Below, one piece after another: positions 19,839 to 24,000 of a stretch of 24,000 bases of DNA. A model generated the notes under the pieces. That model searched no databases. It was not told the origin of the DNA and saw only the letters and a program-made list of their open reading frames with translations. Numbering within the stretch: the first letter of the stretch is position 1; the number at the start of each line of letters is the position of its first letter. The stretch comes from Candidatus Methylacidithermus pantelleriae (GTDB lineage: Bacteria; Verrucomicrobiota; Verrucomicrobiia; Methylacidiphilales; Methylacidiphilaceae): the NCBI RefSeq assembly GCF_905250085.1, contig NZ_CAJNOB010000001.1:104624-128623 (forward strand). Reading direction: 5' to 3'. A program made the position numbers and the translations under genes.

Positions 19839-20801
19839 GTGGCCATGTCCCTCAAGCCCGTCGCCTTTCTTTCTCACCCCGCCTGCCTCCGGCACCGGCC
19901 CCCAGCCGGGCACCCCGAGCGACCCGAACGGCTCTCTGCCATTCTCTCTGCCTTGGAGAGTGATCCCCTCCACCTGCGCCTCCTTTCGACGGCTCCGCCG
20001 GTCGACCCCGAACCCTGGCTTACCTCCGTCCACGATCCAGAATATCTCCAACGCCTCAGGCAGACCCAGGGCAAACCCCTGCAACCCCTCGACCACGGGG
20101 ATACGTACGCGGGCGGAGACTCTTATCTTGCTGCCCAAGCAGCCGTCGGGTGCGCGCTGGCTGCCATCGACCTTGTTTGCTGCGGAGAAGCACGATCGGT
20201 TTTCTGTGCCGTGCGTCCCCCTGGCCACCACGCCCGGGTTGCTGCCGCGATGGGGTTTTGTCTCCTCAACACGGTCGCCATTGCCGCCCGCTATGCCCAG
20301 GCCTCCTACAAGATTTCCCGCGTGGCCATCCTCGACTGGGACGTTCACCATGGCAATGGCACTCAAGAAATTTTCTACGAAGACCCCACGGTCTACTACG
20401 CAAGTCTTCACCAATATCCCCACTACCCGGGCACCGGCGCCAGTGACGAGACCGGCCGGGGCCCCGGACTGGGCTTTACCCTCAACGTCCCTCTCCCGCC
20501 CGGAAGCACCGAGGAGGATTACCTCAGAGCCACCAGGGAGAGGATCCTGCCTGCCCTAACCGCCTTTCGCCCAGAGCTTCTCCTTGTGTCAGCGGGTTTT
20601 GATGCCCATCGCGACGACCCTTTGGGAGCCATGCTCCTCGTGGAACAAAGTTTCGCCCGGCTTACCCATCTCTGTGTGGAACTGGTCGAAACCGTCCAGG
20701 CAAAAGGAATCGTCTCGATCCTCGAGGGCGGCTACAACACCCAAGCACTGGCCCGAAGTGTGCTCGCCCACCTCCAAGCGCTGGAATCCTCTCCAGGTTA
20801 A
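19839..20801 (+). CDS. Histone deacetylase / acetoin utilisation (AcuC) superfamily protein
   Basis: FLSHPACLRHRPPAGHPERPERLSAIL...RPPGHHARVAAAMGFCLLNTVAIAARYA...RVAILDWDVHHGNGTQEIFYEDPTVYYASLHQYPHYPGTG...VSAGFDAHRDDPLG...SILEGGYN. Confidence 0.95.
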   Translation: MAMSLKPVAFLSHPACLRHRPPAGHPERPERLSAILSALESDPLHLRLLSTAPPVDPEPWLTSVHDPEYLQRLRQTQGKPLQPLDHGDTYAGGDSYLAAQAAVGCALAAIDLVCCGEARSVFCAVRPPGHHARVAAAMGFCLLNTVAIAARYAQASYKISRVAILDWDVHHGNGTQEIFYEDPTVYYASLHQYPHYPGTGASDETGRGPGLGFTLNVPLPPGSTEEDYLRATRERILPALTAFRPELLLVSAGFDAHRDDPLGAMLLVEQSFARLTHLCVELVETVQAKGIVSILEGGYNTQALARSVLAHLQALESSPG

Positions 20802-20822
20802 ACCTTGTCTCGCTCGGGCTAG

Positions 20823-20852
20823 CCCCGTTTGGTCCCGCCGGAAAGGGGTTTT
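20823..20852 (+). terminator. Possible weak terminator after the histone-deacetylase-like gene
   Basis: CCCC-G-TTT (20823-20830) ... AAA-GGGG (20842-20848) followed by TTTT (20849-20852); short stem with a bulge. Confidence 0.3.
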
Positions 20853-20939
20853 CCCTCGCTTTTGTTGCCAGCGGCCTGGATCCCCTCCGCCTCAAGACCT
20901 CCGGGACTCAAAACTTCCTCGCACCAACGGCATCACCCT

Positions 20940-22083
20940 ACAAGAGAGCCCGCTTTCCCAAGTTTACCGAAAACACCCCGTCCCCAACCAAAGCTCTGCG
21001 GCGAGCTTGCCGTTCCGTTGGTCCTTTCTCGACCGGGTGCTCGGAGACCGGTGCAGAGCACCGTTGTACCCCAGAGCCGGTCTCCACAGGCGTTCCTTCC
21101 CGGGCTGCTCCCGCTAGAACCTTCTTCCGAGGCCTGTTTCACTGGGGGCCTGCGCTCGGCGTCTTTGCGTTCCCCTCCACAAGACTTCCGCCACAGAGCT
21201 TGCCGCCAAGCGTTCCCCATGGGTCGCCGCCTTGTAGGAAAGCCGGCGACCAAATTCGGACCATGCGCCATCCAGGATCGACCGGGAAAGGTAACGGTTG
21301 CGTACGATCCCTTGAACATTCCGATCCTCAATGCCGATGCGGCGCTAGGTCTTGGCAAGCCTCGTACGTGGCTTTGTCCATGGCATGGCACCGGACGCTT
21401 GCGCTGCACGGGTCAATCGTGGCAAGGCGCAATTTGGCTTTTCTCCCGCTAGCCCAAGCCATTCTTTTTCCGAGATGCCCTCAGGCTTTGCCTACGCAAC
21501 TTCCTCAAAAGCCGCCTGGTCGCGCGTTGGCGCCGAAAATCGCTTTTTCCCGGTTACTCGCGCATGGCCAACATGGTTATGCCAAAATCGACGGCGACTC
21601 TCCTCTAGGAATGCTCGACTTTCTGGATGTCGTCGGTACGCACCAGGATCAAGGCAAACCACCTCTTCGCCTCTCGGCTGACCGTCACACGCTTACACCT
21701 GCCGTCAAAGCGCACCTCCTCACGCACCCGCACCCAGCCAACGCTGGGAAGCCGGAGCCTCGGGACGTCGACACGAAAGATGAGGCCTCATGGGCCACGC
21801 AAAAACGATCGCGCACCGTTTTCTTTTTCCGCCGACAACACCGGCCGTGTCCCTCAAAAGAACGCCCGGAAAGCCACTCCAAGATCGAGGATCGCCTCGA
21901 GCGCCCGCGCACCTGATCACATCGAACATCTGTGTGTAGCCGTCCCCTTTCAGCCGGTTTCGCTCCCTCCGCCACCCTTCCAAGGCCCAGCTTGAGACAA
22001 AGCCGGCCACGCCAGACACCCAGGCAAAGCAGGTTCGCTCCCTCTTTCTTCGGATCAACCGCCATCCGATGAGCCATGCGCAT
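20940..22083 (-). pseudogene. Decayed TnpB (IS200/IS605/IS607-type OrfB, RNA-guided nuclease ancestor)
   Basis: Minus-strand fragments in successive frames: MRMAHRMAVDPKKE (start 22083); ACFAWVSGVAGFVSSWALEGWRRERNRLKGDG; LEAILDLGVAFRAFF* (21901, TGA 21856); FRVDVPRLRLPSVGWVRVREEVRFDGRCKRVTVSREAKRWFALILV (21778); VAVDFGITMLA (21598, RuvC-I-like Asp); RRLLRKLRRQSLRASRKKNG; AKLRLATIDPCSASVRCHAMDKAT; RLAKT*RRIGIEDRNVQGIVRNRYLSRSILDGAWSEFGRRLSYKAATHGERL (IED at 21332, RuvC-II-like Glu); NACGDRLWG (21094). Confidence 0.88.
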
Positions 22084-22129
22084 ACCTCCCCTCCTCCCCC
22101 GCCTGATTGCGACCGTTCAGCACCCTCCG

Positions 22130-22300
22130 GCTCCAAACGTCCATCAAAAAGCCATAGAGCCCGAGCCAAGAAGACGGCGGATCATCTCCAGCACGTCCTT
22201 GGCCAAGTCTTGCTCGAAGGTTTTCCCCTCGCCTGGATGGAAAATGACCCCCCTCGCCTCGGACGCGCTGAGCCTAGCAAAGTGGGAACACTCGCTCCGC
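22130..22300 (-). pseudogene. Probable remnant of an IS607-type serine recombinase (TnpA), C-terminal part
   Basis: GVIFHPGEGKTFEQDLAKDVLEMI (HPGEG at 22239) resembles the TnpA region before the ITVFSARLYGSRSHK tail; a shifted frame reads SSWLGLYG. Lies directly upstream of the tnpB start in the expected IS607 order. Confidence 0.45.
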
Positions 22301-22313
22301 TCCCAAGCGGAGC
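22294..22313. repeat. Perfect inverted repeat (8-bp stem, 4-nt loop)
   Basis: GCTCCGCT-CCCA-AGCGGAGC. Confidence 0.6.
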
Positions 22314-22326
22314 AGCCCGTCCTTAT

Positions 22327-22356
22327 GGGTGATCTCACTAACCTGGGTGATCTCAC
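22327..22356. repeat. Perfect 12-bp direct repeat, 18-bp period
   Basis: GGGTGATCTCAC at 22327-22338 and 22345-22356. Confidence 0.75.
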
Positions 22357-23154
22357 CAGCCGGCGGACTCAACCACTAGGGATACCGTCCAGCAGTCGCT
22401 TCTTAAGCCCATTCTTACGATCCTTCATCCCCGGCCCAAGCCAGAGATAGGGACAAACGTCCAATTCTCCCGGGCACAATCAAGCTCTACAACCTGCTTC
22501 CAGTGCTCCAAGCCCTTCTTCTCACCATGGCCAAAGAAGGCGGGCAGAAGCAATGATTGCCGCGGTCAGCCCACAGGTTAGGGCCCGGAAGCCTCCCGAT
22601 AGGAGCTTTGGCCAGTCATACCGGCGATGCCTGCCGCCAGCGCGTTCTCCCCGAAACGCCCCCGACCTCCTCGCGTCAAACCATAGGGACCGATACCCCC
22701 AAGCGCATGAGCCGCTTTGCCGCTCCTAACCCATCTCCCCACTTTTGGAAAAAGAAAGCCCGCTCGATAACACGTCAGGCAAACGGTTCAAGCCCTTTTT
22801 TCTACAAAACTTTCCCGAGAAGCCCCTTTTCCCTTGTTCCCCACGTTTCCGTCCTAAAAACGTTTGCGAGAGACTTTATCCCTTTCCTTTCTTCTCCTCC
22901 CCGTCCTGCCTCTCACCTCCACAAGCCGGCAGGAAGCAGCCGACAAGAAGGCTTCTCACAAAAAAAAGCCGTTCCATTGGACCCTAAAGCTACAAAGCGT
23001 GCAATAGCCCGCTTCCCACCATCCGGCCACTGGAAACCCTTGAGGCTCGAGCGCGACTTTTTTCCATGGCCGCGCTTGCCGAACCAAAAAAGGACCCCAC
23101 GCCACAAAAACCTTTTTCCCCACGGATCCTCAAGAGTCTTTCCCACTCCTTCGC

Positions 23155-24000
23155 CTACAAGAGTTCTCCTGCAAGTTCATCCGCAAAAAGTTTTCCTCTC
23201 ACGGTTAGCCGGTACCGTCCCTCTCTGTGGAGCACCAAGCCATCCGCCTCCCAGAGAGCGAGCTTTTGGGCTTCCTCTGGGGTGACTAGCTCCTCTGGAA
23301 TCCCCTCTGCAGTCCGAAGGCCAAAAACAACTCTTTCCTTGCGCCGCGTTTCTCTTCCGATCCCTTCTTCAAAGCCGACCCACGTTGCTCCCGCCTCTAG
23401 CCGGCGGATATATTCTTGCGTGTCAGCCACATTCTGCCACCGCCGGTCCCCCACGGTGGACCAGGCGCTCGGACCCAGTCCCAAATAATCTCTTCCTTGC
23501 CAGTAGGCCTGGTTGTGACGGCACGGCCAACCTGGCCTTGCATAATTGGAAATTTCATAGCCGACCCACCCCCGCGCCTCCAACAGTTCTTGGGCCAGTA
23601 GCCACAGCCGCGCCTCCCTTTCCGGATCCCTCTGAAACCGGCCCTCTCGGTACTCCCGCTCCAAGGGAGTGCCCTCCTCCACGGTCAGACAGTACACACT
23701 CAAGTGCTCCGGCTCCAGCGCCATCGCCTGCTCCAATGTCTTGCGCCAACGCTTTTCCGTTTGTCCCGGCAAGCCAAACAGAAGATCGAGATTGAGATTG
23801 GAAAACCCCTCCGCGCGTGCCCACCGCACGGCTTCTAGCATCCTTTCTGGATCCGGCGGTCTCCCCAGCCAGGCTAACTCACCGGGATCGAAGCTTTGGA
23901 CCCCAAGACTCAACCGGTTGATTCCCATCTGCCGCCAAGCCCTCAGCCGTTCCTGGGTCACCGTTGCCGGATGAGCTTCTAGGGTTACCTCTTCCACCTC
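23155..24000 (-). CDS. hemW: HemW-like radical SAM protein, C-terminal part (N-terminus outside window)
   Basis: EEVTLEAHPATVTQERLRAWRQMGINRLSLGVQSFDPGELAWLGR...NLDLLFGLPGQT...HLSVYCLTVEEGTPL...GYEISNYARPGWPCRHNQAYWQGRDYLGLGPSAWS, diagnostic for the HemW/HemN-like family. Confidence 0.93.
   Translation of the reverse strand, partial: EVEEVTLEAHPATVTQERLRAWRQMGINRLSLGVQSFDPGELAWLGRPPDPERMLEAVRWARAEGFSNLNLDLLFGLPGQTEKRWRKTLEQAMALEPEHLSVYCLTVEEGTPLEREYREGRFQRDPEREARLWLLAQELLEARGWVGYEISNYARPGWPCRHNQAYWQGRDYLGLGPSAWSTVGDRRWQNVADTQEYIRRLEAGATWVGFEEGIGRETRRKERVVFGLRTAEGIPEELVTPEEAQKLALWEADGLVLHREGRYRLTVRGKLFADELAGELL

Noticed and set aside
19680-20423. 247-aa minus-strand ORF
   Set aside because: Antisense to the histone-deacetylase-like CDS, which has full catalytic motifs; no recognisable domain.
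19633-20559. 308-aa plus-strand ORF
   Set aside because: Pro/Ser/Arg-rich out-of-frame reading overlapping the clear histone-deacetylase-like gene and the mqnD-like 5' end.
21200-21916. 238-aa plus-strand ORF (and 20829..21452 +)
   Set aside because: Explained as antisense shadows of the decayed minus-strand tnpB.
22557-23285. 242-aa plus-strand ORF in the gap beside hemW
   Set aside because: Low-complexity composition following the C/T-rich strand bias, overlaps the hemW 3' end antisense, no recognisable domain.

Overview
24 kb of high-GC bacterial chromosome, probably verrucomicrobial-like (lineage inferred from gene content only, low confidence). Most of it is densely packed housekeeping genes: the 3' end of enolase, an FtsB/DivIC-like protein, two exported proteins of unknown function, a YdbH-like plus fused YnbE/YdbL-like pair (minus strand), an O-methyltransferase, a hypothetical protein, a NUDIX hydrolase, a CHASE2 membrane protein, RarA/MgsA, a YmdB-like phosphoesterase, SMC, an inositol-monophosphatase-like protein, MnmG, DnaB, ThiG, an MqnD-like protein, a histone-deacetylase-family protein, and a HemW-like protein running off the right edge. 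Main points for a second look: (1) 20.9-22.3 kb, which has no intact gene, holds a heavily decayed minus-strand TnpB pseudogene (IS200/IS605/IS607 OrfB) with a probable IS607-type TnpA remnant upstream; (2) an apparently fused YnbE+YdbL lipoprotein next to a YdbH-like protein; (3) an exported protein with a possible caspase-fold His/Cys arrangement; (4) a sharp strand-composition switch between smc/suhB and dnaB; (5) three tandem near-consensus DnaA boxes between divergent mnmG and dnaB. I found no convincing new multi-gene defence system, CRISPR array, tRNA or rRNA. All homology calls are from motif recognition by eye, with no database search.
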